A DNA stretch of 64,000 bases, taken from the NCBI RefSeq assembly GCF_032191835.1, contig NC_083243.1, forward strand, positions 127,844,001 to 127,908,000. Reading direction: 5' to 3'. The notes under the pieces are model-generated. The model saw nothing but the letters and a program-made list of their open reading frames with translations. It did not search any database and had not been told where the DNA came from. Source of the stretch: Heteronotia binoei (lineage: Eukaryota). Position 1 is the first letter of the stretch. Every line of letters starts with the position of its first letter. This document shows, piece by piece, positions 9,320 through 21,854 of the stretch. A program made the translations under genes and the position numbers.

Positions 9320-11131
9320 GAAAGCCAACAGGAGATGAAATGTCTCTGGTTCAGGAGGACTCATCTCAAAGAGATGAAGGGTTAGCTGTTACTTTTCTAC
9401 CGAGTAATGGATCAGAGTTGTCCACTGAGATGGTGACAAACAGTATGGAGTGCCTGCCAAAGTCTTGAGGCAGCAGGAGGAAGGCTGCAGGTCTAACTTG
9501 CCTGGGAAATTATAGATGTTTGTATACAAATGCTAGAAGTGTTCGAAGTAAAATTGGTGAGTTGGAATGTTTAGTGTTTAGTGTTGGGGGAAAACATAGA
9601 CATTGTGGGAATTTCAGAAACTTGGTGGAATGAGGAGAATCAGCGGGACACGGTGATTCCTGGATATAAGTTATATTGGAAGGATAGGGAGGGAAGGGTT
9701 GGAGGTGGGGTAGCTCTGTATGTCAGAGAGGGTATACAGTTCAGTAAGACTGAGGTCAAAGAATTAGATTCCCTTCTAGAAATGCTTTGGGTTGAAATAG
9801 AGGGCCCAAAAGGAAATTTAACTATGGGAGTTTATCACCCACCAAATCAAAAGATAGAGGATGATTATAATATGATGGAAGGATTAAAGATAGCAGCTAA
9901 ATGTAAAAACTGTGTCGTAATAGCTGATTGTAATTACCCGCAGATTGATTGGGTCAATATGTGTTCAGGTCGAGAGAAAGAGATTGAGTTTCTAGATGCT
10001 CTCAGTGACTGTGCTATGGAGCAGATGGTCACAGAACCTACCAGGGGTGGGGCGATCCTGGATTTGGTCCTAAGTAATGCCCAAGACTTGGTGAGAGATG
10101 TAAAAGTGATCACACCGCTTGGGAGCAGTGACCATAACGTTATTGAATTCACCATTTGTATAAAAAGGAAATTGCCCCAAAAGACCCCAAAAGACCAGCA
10201 CAACCATGTTTAACTTTAAAAGGGGTAAATTCTCTGAGATGAGGAGGCATGTGAAAGAAAAGATAAATACAGTCAAAACCCTTGGGGAAGCTTGGAGGCT
10301 ATTTAAAACTACAATCCTTGAAGCTCAGGTAAAATATATACCACAAGTTAGGAAAGGCACACATAGGTATAAGAAAAGGCCTGCATGAAACAAAGTAATG
10401 GAAGCTGTAAAAGGTAAGAAGGACTCCTTTAAGCGGTGGAAAGCTAGTCCAAGTGAGATTAATAAAAGGGAACACAGGCTGTGGCAAATCAAATGCAAGA
10501 CTGATCAGGCAGGCAAAAAGGGACTATGAGGAGCATATTGAAAAAAACAGAAAGACCGATAATAAAAATTTCTAAAATATATTAGAAGCAGGAAACCAGC
10601 CAGGAAGGCAGTGGGGTCCTTGGATGACCAAGGGGTAAAAGGATTACTGAAGGAGGATAGAGAAATGGCTGAGAAGCTGAATGCATTTTTTGCCTCAGTC
10701 TTCACTGTGGAAGATGAGAAGTATTTGCCACTCCAGAACCACTAATTTTGGGGTGTTGAAAGACCTGAGTCAAATTGAGGTGACAAGAGAGGAGGTCCTA
10801 CAACTGACTGACAAATTAAAAACTAATAAGTCACCAGGTCCGGATGGCATACATCCAAGAGTTCTGAAAGAACTCAAAGTTGAACTTGTGGATCTCCTGA
10901 CAAAAATATATAATCTTTCATTGAAATCTGCCTCCGTTCCTGAGGACTGGAAGGTAGCAAATGTCACCCCCATCTTTAAAAAGGGTTCCAGAGGAGATCC
11001 GGGAAATTACAGGCCAGTCAGGCTGACTTCAATACCGGGAAAGTTGGTAGAAACCATTATCAAGGACAGAATGAGTAGGCACATTGATGAACATGGGTTA
11101 TTGAGGAAGACTCAGCATGGGTTCTGTAAGG

Positions 11132-14100
11132 AAAAAAAAAACACCAAGATTTGGAGCCAAAATTGGTGTTTAAAGATAAAGATGGAAGATTTGCAGCAGT
11201 GGAGATAACATCAAATGGGAAAAAAACGCTGTTATTGGGACTATATGCACCTAACGGTGCAAAAGATGCTTTTTTTAAAGACATTACACAACAGTTAGAT
11301 GAGTTGACTTATGATCAAATACTCTTAATGGGAGATTGTAATGGAACAGTTCAGAATTCACTGGATAGATCCGGAGGGAAAAAAAATGATGGGAAAGAAG
11401 GGAAATTGCCAAAGTCTTTTTTTGAATTAGTTAAACAAGAAAATTTGGAAGATATATGGAGAAAGTTTAATCCTGAAGTGAGAGACTATACTTTTTTTTC
11501 TGCAAGACATAAGACTTTTTCTAGAATTGACATGCTGTGGGGAACCAGAGATTTAGGCCTTATAACAAGGAAGATAGAGATCCTACCTAAAATTGGAGCT
11601 GACCATAACCCAATAATGTGGATTACAAAATTGTCCAAAAAACTGAGAAGATGGAGACTGAATGAAGATTTGCTACAGAGTAAAGAAACAGTGACTTTTC
11701 TAGGAAAAGAAACTAAGGAATTTTTCCAAGTAAATGACAAAGAAGATATTGACTTCCAGATGGTCTGGGACGCTTATAAAGCAGTAATGAGAGGGTTGTT
11801 GATTACTTTGAACAATAAAGATAAAAGGGAAAAAGAAAAACAACTATTGGACATTCAAAATGAAATAAAGAAAAAAGAAGGAGAGTTGAGGAAAAGACCA
11901 GGAAAAAAGAAAATTCTAAGGGAAATTTCAATATTACAAATTCAACTAAGACATTTGTTAAGCAAAGAAGTGGAACGGAATCTGAAAAGGCTTCAGCAGA
12001 AATCGTTTGAAGGAGCAAATAAGACGGGGAAATATTTGGCGTGGCAACTAAAGAAAAAGAGGGAAAATAAAATAATTAGTAGAATTGTGACAGATGAAAG
12101 AGAGGTAGTTACTCAAGAGGGAATAAAAAGAGAATTTTTTAAGTATTATGCCAAGTTGTTTAAAGGTGCTGAAGTAAAGAGAGAAAAGATAGACAAATAT
12201 CTACAAAAAATAAAAATTGAGCCCTTAACTGAAAATATGAGAAAAGTTTTGAATGACCCAATTGAAAAAGTAGAAATTGAAGCAGCAATCAACGCGATGA
12301 AAAATGATAAAGCTCCCGGGCCAGATGGCTACACAGCTAAATACTTTAAAATTTTTAAGGATGAATTAATACCAAAATTACAGAAGCTGATGAATGTAAT
12401 AAGAACTAAAGGGAATGTACCAAATACATGGAAAGAAGCTGTTATTTCTTTGATACCCAAAGAAGAAAGAGACGTCACAAGTGTGAAAAATTATAGACCA
12501 ATTTCGCTTTTGAACAATGATTATAAAATATTTACAAGAATTCTGGCAGAACGACTTAAGCAATATCTGATAAATTTTATAAAGGAAGATCAAGCTGGTT
12601 TTCTTCCTAAAAGACAAATAAGAGACAATATTAGAACTGTTGTAAATATTGTAGAATATTATGAAAGACACCCAGAAAAAGAAGTAGCATTATTCTTTGC
12701 GGATGCAGAGAAAGCATTTGACAATTTAAACTGGGACTTTATGTTTGTAGTGATGGAAAAAATGGAGCTTGGAGAAAGTTTTATAAGAATGATAAAGGCA
12801 ATATATTCTGAACAAAGGGCAAGGTTGTGCGTTAATGCAGATCTTACAGATGAAATGAAAATCAGCAAAGGTACTAGACAAGGCTGCCCGCTTTCGCCAT
12901 TGCTGTTCATAATGACTCTTGAAATTTTACTGATGCAGATTCAAGAAGAAAAAGATCTAGAAGGATTACAAATAAAAGGCTATACCTATAAGTACAGAGC
13001 ATTTGCTGATGATATAATGTTTATAAATGAAAATCCCATACAAGCTACACCTTTGTTATTAACGAGAATACAAGAGTTTGGGGAGTTGGCGGGACTTTAT
13101 ATAAATAAAGAAAAATCAAAAATTTTGTGCAAGAATATGCAGATAAATAGACAACAAGAATTACAAAGACTAACGGGTTGTGAAGTTGCCTCTAAGGTTA
13201 AATACCTAGGGGTAGAGATAACAATGAAAAATATTGATTTGTTCAGGAACAATTATGAAAAACTATGGCGTAAAATAGAAGAAGATATGTTAAAGTGGAA
13301 CAAGCTCAACTTGTCCTTGTTGGGTAGAATAGCTGCAATAAAAATGAATATTTTACCAAGGATTATGTATTTGTTTCAAACCATCCCTATTGTGAAAGAT
13401 GCTAAACAGTTTGATAAATGGCGAAGGAAAATTTCGGAATTTGTGTGGGCCGGGAAGAAACCAAGAATTAAAATGAAAGTCTTGACAGATGCAAGAGAGA
13501 GAGGTGGATTCCAATTACCAGATTTGAAACTGTATCATGAAGCAATTTGTTTAGTATGGATGAAAGAATGGATAACGCTGTTAAATAAAAAACTTTTAGT
13601 GTTGGAAGGCCATGGAAAAAAATTCGGCTGGCATGCATATTTGTATTACGGAAAAAAGAAGATGGATGGTCTTTTCTCTCACCATTATATAAGAAGTAAT
13701 CTATTAAATGTGTGGATAAAGTATAAGAAATATGGTGATGAGAGGAGACCTTTGTGGATAGTGCCAGCTGAAGTGATAAAGTTAACAGCTAAAACAGTTA
13801 ATGAAAAACAGCTATCATATAACCAGTTACTAAAAATACAAAGTGGGAAAATAGAACTGAAAACTGCAGAAGAACTGAGTTATAAATATGATTGGTTTCA
13901 AATGCAACAAATAAAAAGCTTGATGGAGAATGATATTAAAGCCGAAGGAATAAGGAAAGAACAAACAGAAATGGAAAGAGTTCTGCTTGGAGACAATGAG
14001 AAATTAATCTCAAAAGTATACAAATTACTTTTACAATGGTCTACAGAAGATGAAGTAGTGAAATCTCAAATGATAAAATGGGCAATTAATGTAAATAAAG

Positions 14101-14871
14101 AAATAAAGATGGAATCTTGGGAGTATCTGTGGAAGAACTCTATGAAACTCGCAACATGTCATAGTATTAAAGAAAACTGTTTTAAGATGATGTATAGATG
14201 GTATATGACTCCAAAAAAAATAGCAAAGATGAATAACAAGATGCCAGATAGGTGTTGGAAATGTAAAAAGCATGAAGGTTCTTTCTACCATATGTGGTGG
14301 ACTTGTGAAAGGGCTAAAATGTTTTGGCAGATGATTCAGCAAGAGATCTCTAAGATTCTGGGATATGAATTCAACAAAGAGGCAGAGACTTTTCTGCTGG
14401 GATTACAAATGGAAAAATTTCCAAAAGAAGATAGAACTTTAATATGGTACTTGCTCTCAGCTGCTAGGACATTGTATGCGCAGTTATGGAAGCAAGAAAA
14501 AATACCAGAAAAATGGGACTGGATTACAAAAGTTATGTCATGGAGTGAAATGGACAAATTAACAAGAAAACTAAGAGACTATGATTTAGAACTTTTTAAT
14601 GCGGAGTGGAAGAAATTCAGAAGATATGTAGAGAAAGAGTGGAAAATAAAAGGACATTGGACAATTTTTGATGATTAAGATTTTTATAGTTTAAAGGTAC
14701 CTTTAATATTTGTTTTTTTTTAAAAAATAACACTGGCGGGGGTCAAGTAACGGAGGGAGGGGTGGGAGGAAAGTAAGATATGGGGTAGAACGATTTTTTT
14801 TTATTTTAAGCTCTTTATAAGTTGTAGATATAATTCTGCTACCATATGTTACTAATAAATTTGTTTATACT
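11132..14871 (+). mobile_element. Young 5'-truncated L1-clade LINE
   Basis: Flanked by perfect TSD AGCATGGGTTCTGTAAGG (11114-11131, 14872-14889). 3' UTR has a G-rich tract and AATAAA at 14854. Confidence 0.93.
11151..14678 (+). CDS. L1 ORF2 (EN partly truncated, RT, C-terminal CCHC), 1175 open codons
   Basis: YAPN, GDCNG, SRID, DHNPI (APE). KAPGPDG, NYRPISLL, GTRQGCPLSP, FADD (RT). CWKC...HMWWTC zinc knuckle typical of L1 ORF2. Confidence 0.92.
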   Translation: MEPKLVFKDKDGRFAAVEITSNGKKTLLLGLYAPNGAKDAFFKDITQQLDELTYDQILLMGDCNGTVQNSLDRSGGKKNDGKEGKLPKSFFELVKQENLEDIWRKFNPEVRDYTFFSARHKTFSRIDMLWGTRDLGLITRKIEILPKIGADHNPIMWITKLSKKLRRWRLNEDLLQSKETVTFLGKETKEFFQVNDKEDIDFQMVWDAYKAVMRGLLITLNNKDKREKEKQLLDIQNEIKKKEGELRKRPGKKKILREISILQIQLRHLLSKEVERNLKRLQQKSFEGANKTGKYLAWQLKKKRENKIISRIVTDEREVVTQEGIKREFFKYYAKLFKGAEVKREKIDKYLQKIKIEPLTENMRKVLNDPIEKVEIEAAINAMKNDKAPGPDGYTAKYFKIFKDELIPKLQKLMNVIRTKGNVPNTWKEAVISLIPKEERDVTSVKNYRPISLLNNDYKIFTRILAERLKQYLINFIKEDQAGFLPKRQIRDNIRTVVNIVEYYERHPEKEVALFFADAEKAFDNLNWDFMFVVMEKMELGESFIRMIKAIYSEQRARLCVNADLTDEMKISKGTRQGCPLSPLLFIMTLEILLMQIQEEKDLEGLQIKGYTYKYRAFADDIMFINENPIQATPLLLTRIQEFGELAGLYINKEKSKILCKNMQINRQQELQRLTGCEVASKVKYLGVEITMKNIDLFRNNYEKLWRKIEEDMLKWNKLNLSLLGRIAAIKMNILPRIMYLFQTIPIVKDAKQFDKWRRKISEFVWAGKKPRIKMKVLTDARERGGFQLPDLKLYHEAICLVWMKEWITLLNKKLLVLEGHGKKFGWHAYLYYGKKKMDGLFSHHYIRSNLLNVWIKYKKYGDERRPLWIVPAEVIKLTAKTVNEKQLSYNQLLKIQSGKIELKTAEELSYKYDWFQMQQIKSLMENDIKAEGIRKEQTEMERVLLGDNEKLISKVYKLLLQWSTEDEVVKSQMIKWAINVNKEIKMESWEYLWKNSMKLATCHSIKENCFKMMYRWYMTPKKIAKMNNKMPDRCWKCKKHEGSFYHMWWTCERAKMFWQMIQQEISKILGYEFNKEAETFLLGLQMEKFPKEDRTLIWYLLSAARTLYAQLWKQEKIPEKWDWITKVMSWSEMDKLTRKLRDYDLELFNAEWKKFRRYVEKEWKIKGHWTIFDD

Positions 14872-17258
14872 AGCATGGGTTCTGTAAGGGAAGATCTTGC
14901 CTCACTAACCTGTTACAGTTCTTTGAGGGGGTGAACAAACATGTGGACAAAGGGGACCCAATAGATGTTGTTTACCTTGACTTCCAGAAAGCTTTTGATA
15001 AAGTTCCTCATCAAAGGCTCCTTAGTAAGCTCAAGAGTCATGGAGTAAAAGGACAGGTCCTCTTGTGGATCAAAAACTGGCTAATTAATAAGAAGCAGAG
15101 AGTGAGTATAAATGGGCAGTCTTCACAGCGGAGGACGGTAAGCAGTGGGGTGCTGCAGGGCTCAGTACTGGGTCCCATGCTCTTTAACTTGTTCATTAAT
15201 GATCTGAAGTTGGGAGTAAGCAGTGAAGTGGCCAAGTTTGCAGATGACACTAAATTGTTCAGGGTGGTGAGAACCAGAGAGGATTGTGAGGCACTCCAAA
15301 GGGATCTGTTGAGGCTGGGGGAGTGGGCGTCAATGTGGCAGATGAGGTTCAATGTGGCCAAGTGCAAAGTAATGCACATTGGGGCCAAGAATCCCAGCTA
15401 CAAATTCAAGTTGATGGGGTGCGAACTGGCAGAGAATGACCAAGAGAGAGATCTTGGGGTCGTGGTAGATAACTCACTGAAAATGTCAAGACAGTGTGCG
15501 ATTGCTATAAAAAAGGCCAACGCCATGCTGGGAATTATTAGGAAGGGAATTGAAAACAAATCAGCCAGTATCATAATGCCCCTGTATAAATCGATGGTGC
15601 GGTCTCATTTGGAATACTGTGTGTAATTCTGGTCACCGCACCTCAAAAAGGATATTATAGCATTGGAAAAAGTCCAGAAAACGGCAACTAGAATGATTAA
15701 AAGGTTGGAACATTTTCCCTATGAAGAAAGGTTAAAATGCTTGGGGCTGTTTAACTTGGAGAAACGTCGACAGCGGGGTGACATGATAGAGGTTTATAAG
15801 ATAATGCATGGGATGGAGAAAGTAGAGAAAGAAGTACTTTTCTCCCATTCTCACAATACAAGAACTCGTGGGCATTCGATGAAATTGCTGAGCAGTCAGG
15901 TTAAAACGGATAAAAGGAAGTACTTCTTCACCCAAAGGGTGATTAACATGGGGAATTCACTGCCACAGGAGGTGGTGGCGGCTACAAGCATAGTCAGCTT
16001 TAAGAGGGGCTTGCATAAAAATATGGAGCAGAGGTCTATCAGTGGCTATTAGCCACAGTATATGTATGTATGTGTGTGTGTGTATATATGTGTATATATA
16101 TGCACACACACATATATTGGGCACTGTGTGACATAGAGTGTTGGACTGGATGGGCCATTGGCCTGATCCAACATGGCTTCTCTTATGTTCTTATTGTATT
16201 GTCACAGTCTGGTTTTCTAGCTGGACTTAGGGGAAACTGCTGATAGAGGCAGCAGGAGGGCACATCACAAGCCTCCCCAAGACAGATTACACAGACAGCA
16301 TGGTCATCTGGGCATTTTTATGCCACACTGAAGGCACTTCTTAAATAAAGATTTCTGAGCCACAATGGAGGCACAAAGACAAAACGCGATCAGACCCAGC
16401 TGAAATTGGTGATTCAACGAAGAAATTAGATAGACTAAAAAACAGGAGTGAAGCTAAAAGTGTTCTCAGCTCGGCAGCAAACAAAATGGGGGGGGGGGGG
16501 GCAACTCTTGTCCTTCGCATGGCTTTGGAGGGAACACTGGGCAGGCACCAAGGGGAGGGGTGCCCTCTCTATTCCTAAAAAGCTAGAAAATCTTCTCCAT
16601 CGGCAGGCCTGAACATGCACAGTCCCAATGTGCACCTGCACAGAAGACCAAAGAGTTCACAGCTGGACTAATTAACCCACCCAATTGTATTCCATTTTTA
16701 ATATAAGCTATTGTTCCATATGTATTGATGGATAAGTACAAAATACACAGTAACCTCATCCACTGTATATGTATTCAGTGTGTGTTTCTTTTAAACACTC
16801 TGAAGCAGTGAACAACATTCTTATATTTTTGCATTTGGATATCCATTCCAAACTAAAAATGTAATGTGAGAAATGACTGATGTTAGTGGCATTAAACAAT
16901 GGAAGAGTTGCTTAAAAAAAAGATTAATTTTTTCACAGGCTACCTAACTGATAAGAGCACACTTGTATTCTCAATATATTAAGAAACACATTAAGACATG
17001 AAAAGACATTTTTATTTTCTTAGTTTGATTTTGGTTCACTTCTGTGTTACTGTAAAAGGGAAACATTGATAAACATTTAAAATGACAATTAATGAAACTA
17101 AAGTTATTTGATTGTCAGTCTTAATTTTTATCAGTGTACACTTAACAAGTGATTCTGTGAACCCAGACATTTTCTTTTCCTTTCTGACGATTTTCCTGGA
17201 TCCATAGGATATGTTTTCAATAAATATATAAATAATTTGAGAAGAGGATAAAATATAC

Positions 17259-17417
17259 CTTCTCTTCCTTCTTCTTCATCACTTCTTCTGATCTCTTTTT
17301 CTTTAGCCACTCTTCATACACTTCTTTTGCTTTTTCCTTTGATTGTGCTTTTTCAAGTTCCTTGGCTGTTTTTTCTGCCATCTCTTCACTAAGCTTATGT
17401 TCCCTTGCTCTCCTTTC
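17259..17417 (-). CDS. CCDC34: CCDC34 exon 4 (159 nt)
   Basis: tatatag| acceptor, AAG|gtatat donor. Encodes ERRAREHKLSEEMAEKTAKELEK...EKAKEVYEEWLKKK...EEK (coiled coil). Not in the ORF track; read manually. Confidence 0.93.
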
Positions 17418-17775
17418 CTATATAAAATAGATGTCAATCATTTAAGTGAAAACAAGTTTTTTTCAGAATACAGAAAAATCACAGCCACTGTGTTGAACCA
17501 TCAAGTCAAATCAGGAGTCTGTTAAAAAATGTTGCAAGAAGCTACATGCAAGGCAACAGTAAAAACAGTAATAGCAGAATACTCCTATAAATCACTGGCT
17601 AAACACAGAAGGCTATCAAGTATTTTAGAAGCAATTACAAGGACTAAATTGCAAGAATTCATCAGCAGTAACTTGAGGGGCAAAGGGGAGAGGGAATACA
17701 GTCCCTCCCACCAACTCTATAAAAAAATTAGCAGAACTAAATTCTCACACAAGTGGCATTGCAAATCAGCACACG

Positions 17776-17980
17776 CATGAAGCTGCCTCATACTGAATTA
17801 GACAAATTGGTCCATCAAGGACAGTATTGTTTTGTCTACTCAGACTGGCAGCGGGTCTCCAGGATTTCAGGTAGAGGTCTTTCACATCACTTACTGACTA
17901 GTCCTTTTAACTGAAGATGCCAGGGACTGAACCTGGAACCTTTTGCATGCCAAGCAGAGGTTCTTCCAATGAGCCACGGC
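17776..17980 (-). mobile_element. SINE of the same family as 38175-38380 (other copies at about 42772-42948 + and 49535-49716 -)
   Basis: Shared body catgaagctgcc...gtctactcagactggcagc...gccaagcag. Confidence 0.75.
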
Positions 17981-19148
17981 AGACAGATAGCACCACCCTT
18001 TCTAGCAGTGCACAAATACTGTGTCTTTAAGAGCTAAGGATGAGAATGCTGCCAAGTTTGTCATGCCAAACAGGCAATAGGGCATTCTGGTATCCTGAAG
18101 TATCGACTGCTTCATGAAAGAGACCACCTACAATGCTTGGTTTCCCATTTTCTTGGAAAGGGGCCTTATCCTTAAATCAGTCAAATAGAACCCAAACTCA
18201 AGCTGGAATACAAATAAGTGTGTCAAGCCCTACCAAAGTTCTTCTCATTTCTCATGCTTGTTTCAAAGGGCTTTTATTAAAATAGGAGATCAAAGTTTGC
18301 GTACGATTGTTATGATTAATTCCATATATAATAGTTAAATGTATTTGTTCAAAAAATGATAAACAGTAAACAGAAAAATAGTTTCCTTGGTATAATTAAA
18401 GATAGGCTGCTGGAGCTATAAATGAATAATTTGTGATCTCAGCAAGTTTCTGACCTATATAAATAGGCTAGGAATCTACACAATTAGTGCTTTCAGTCTG
18501 CTTTTCAGAAAAATATCCTTTGATCCTGTCTTTGGAAGAGATAAGATCTTTTCTTTAAATCACATGCAAATTTACATACCCTTTGCTAGCATTAATGACA
18601 TCAGTACAATCCTGCTATACATTAATTAATTCTAAAAATACCAGGTTTTCTTAGGATGAAAGAATAGTTCTGATTGCTACACCCCCAAGCACATTACATA
18701 GGATAATGCATGCAAACATAGTCTGCAGGCATACCCATTCTTGCTTTTAATCCAATCAAAAACACACAAAGCATAAAGGGCTAGGTCAATACCTGAAGGG
18801 CTGCTTCTCTGACAAATATTCATCTCTGCAAACAGTGCCTATAAACTGTAGCAGTGAACGTAGTGGTGCAAGCTGCAGTATTCAGTTGCAGATGTTATGT
18901 ATATCCATGCTTAAAGAGATCTGGAGTGATGCATGCATCATATTGCTCCATGCTTGTACAGACTACAACACAGGCATAAACCATTGATACTACACAGAGT
19001 GGACTCTGGTCTGGACTGACAACTACATAAGAATTTTTTAAGGTATGGAGAAAACCCTGTTTTGAAATTTTGATGAAAACAGATATATACAACACTTAGC
19101 TATCAAATCATAACCTTTAGTGTTAGAACAACAGAAAATACACTGTAA

Positions 19149-19989
19149 CAGGGGTGTCAAACTCATTTGTAAAAAGGGCCGGATCTGACAGAAATGGGAC
19201 TTTGTGGGGCCGAGCCATGCATGTCCTAAAATGTAATGCCAGATAGAGGAGATATATTTATAAAGGACACAGGCAAACACAATTAAAAATATTATTTTTA
19301 ACAACATACAAACATGCTTTAAACTCTTGCAATAATTTGTTTAAAATGGAAAGGCAGGGGAATACCGTAGTGGGATTTTACAATGCAATTTTTAAAATAA
19401 AACATCAAGAAAAAGCACAAGGATCACACAGCAGAAGACGAAAAATAAATAAAATGTTGTCAGCCTGGGGAAATATGAAATGGCAAGGCATTGCAAGCTG
19501 GTCTACTCAGATTAGCAATGGCTCTCCTGTGTAATATCTCCCTTTGGCTGTGGGTTCCCAAGTTAAGAATACTCACTAGGCACTGATTCTCACTCCACTG
19601 AGAAGAGACAGAGCTGACCCAGAGCATGGACGCTTGATTTGCAAGCACACAATTCCAGGAAGTTTCAAAGTTTCAGCTGGCCATAGGAATGCTAGGAAGT
19701 TAAACCTCTCCACTGAAACAAAGTTGCATGGAAAACATGGAGTGGATTTCTCATTCCAGTCTGCTCTGCCAATGGGCCAGAATGGGAAATCCATTCCACA
19801 TTTTCTTTGCCACATTGTTCCTGCTTTAGCCTCTGCAAAGAGAATGCAGAAGGAGCTGGGACATGGTCAGCAGCATCTGAGCTTTGCAGGGTAAGGACAG
19901 GAGCGGGGAGAAGCGAGCCCCACGGGCCTGATTGAAGCCCTCGGGGGGGGGGGCAGTTTGGCCAGTGGGTCGCATGTTTGACACCCCTG
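19149..19989. mobile_element. Non-autonomous hAT-like element
   Basis: TIRs CAGGGGTGTCAAAC / GTTTGACACCCCTG. TSD eroded. Confidence 0.7.
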
Positions 19990-21854
19990 GTTTATAATGT
20001 ATACATAATTAGAGTATTTGGCATATATATGGAATTTCAAAATATAAATGTCTTCTGTTTTCTATAGGAAGAATGGTAAATACTCCCTGTACTTGACAAA
20101 GAGGCCCATACTGCTACACCCTATACTACTATGAATTCTATAGTAAATTAAGAAACTCTCTCAGAAACTACAGCATGTTTGAATATTAAGCTAAACTCTA
20201 TAACTCTGAAAACAGTAAACTCTTTACTAATGTATTATCATTAAATAGCTGTTGTTGCATAAAAAATTAATTGTTAGCAAACTGTTTACAATCATTGCCA
20301 AAATTATATACATTTAAACAAAAAAATTTGTTGAAAATGATGCATATATTTCTGTGGTATATATTGGAATGCCCATTTATAATGCTGTAGGAAGGCAGTA
20401 GGAAATGAAGAAGACCCAACATGAGACAGATTGACTCTATAAAGGAAGACATGTCCTTCAGTTTGCAAGACCTGAGTAAAACTGTTAATGACAGGAGATA
20501 TTCATACCGTCACCATAAGCTGGAAGCTTCTTGACAATATGTAACACACACAAAATGTGTTTCATGAAACACATTTTGTATGAAATTCTGTCTTTTATTC
20601 CACTCATTCCAAAATGGAAAAAAGAGGAAGGTTTTCCCCTGACATTCCCCTAAATTTCTCAATTTCTCAGACTTCTTCCGGCTATATACTGAATCTGGAA
20701 TTGTTTTTTAAAAAAGGTTTTTCTCACTCATCTACTAATTCTCAGCTTTTGTTTTTTTTAACACAAGTCTGTAGCCCAAGGGTTTCAAAAAGGTACATTG
20801 CGAGGAGTTCCTTCTAAGCTGAGATCGTGTGAGCTAGCTCACAGTTTTTTAGCCTCTGGCTCACAGTTTTGGCTCAGCTCAGGAAGGATGGCCCCAGAGC
20901 AAACTAATTTATGCAGTAGCCAAGTCACTCGCTCACAACTTTAATGCCAGTATCTCACAAAATTGAATTTTTGCTCACAAGACTCCACAGCTTAGAGGGA
21001 GCATTGTTTGTTAGCTACTAGTAACTCGTGGACTTCTGCAAGCACCTTGTGCACTCCCTAGAAGATCCTGAAAAAGATTGCAAAACATTTGATCTAGGCT
21101 TTGTAAAATAAATAAATAAATAGGATTTTTTTTCAGAACTGCTTGCTAACAGCTTCATTTCTGGTGCTCTTACTAGTTCATGTTGTTTTCAGGACAGAAC
21201 AAAACTTGTTTACATGCCAGGGAGAGGATTAGCTTGGGATATTTTTCATTCCTCAGAAACAACTCTAATTAAAGAAAAAGCTGGTGATCCCTATGCCAGC
21301 CCTTATCATTATGGAGTGGTAAGGGGAACGGTACCTTATAACTGCACCTTATAACTCTGCCATGAAAAGGGCTACACCCTTTTAAAAAATAAAGTGTGGG
21401 AACTAGCAGATTGTGATAAGTTATATCATTTCTCTTTTTAAAAAAGAAAAAGAAAAAACTTTCTGGTGTGTGGGGAAAACAAGTGGCTGTGGAGTACTGC
21501 AACAAGGCAAGTACAGAAGAAACTGCTGCGTGGACACTGTTGGCATTTTGAATGCTTCCGCATTCCCAACAGAAATGAGGGCTACAGAGAAAATTGTCTC
21601 TGTGTGAAAGCAGTTGAAGTTACAAACATATAAACACAACTTTACAGTCAGTCAGCATAATAAAAACAGCACACCCAGCTCTGCAAAAACAGTTTACCTC
21701 CACCAAATGATCTTTCAAATAAAGCAATTTTATATGCCTTCTGCACCCACTCTGGTAAGCAATTCCAAATCATCAGTTCTATTGCCTGATTTTTGTCTGA
21801 CACACAATCCAAAAAGGATGCCACAAGGAGAAATCTATCCAAAACATGTAGCAT

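Larger units (their letters stand above)
9320..16193 (+). mobile_element. CR1 LINE (EN+RT, frameshifted), interrupted by an L1 at 11132-14871
   Basis: APE motifs (DIVGISETWW, SDHNVIEF), SPGPDGIHP, YLDFQKAFDKVPH and KFADDTKL. 3' tail ...tcttatgttctta. Sequence is contiguous across the L1 via an 18-bp TSD. Confidence 0.95.

Noticed and set aside
15038-15388. Recurrent MAPMCITLHLATLNL ORF (also 40723-41100, 54249-54551)
   Set aside because: Antisense frame of CR1 RT, repeated only because the CR1 copies are similar.
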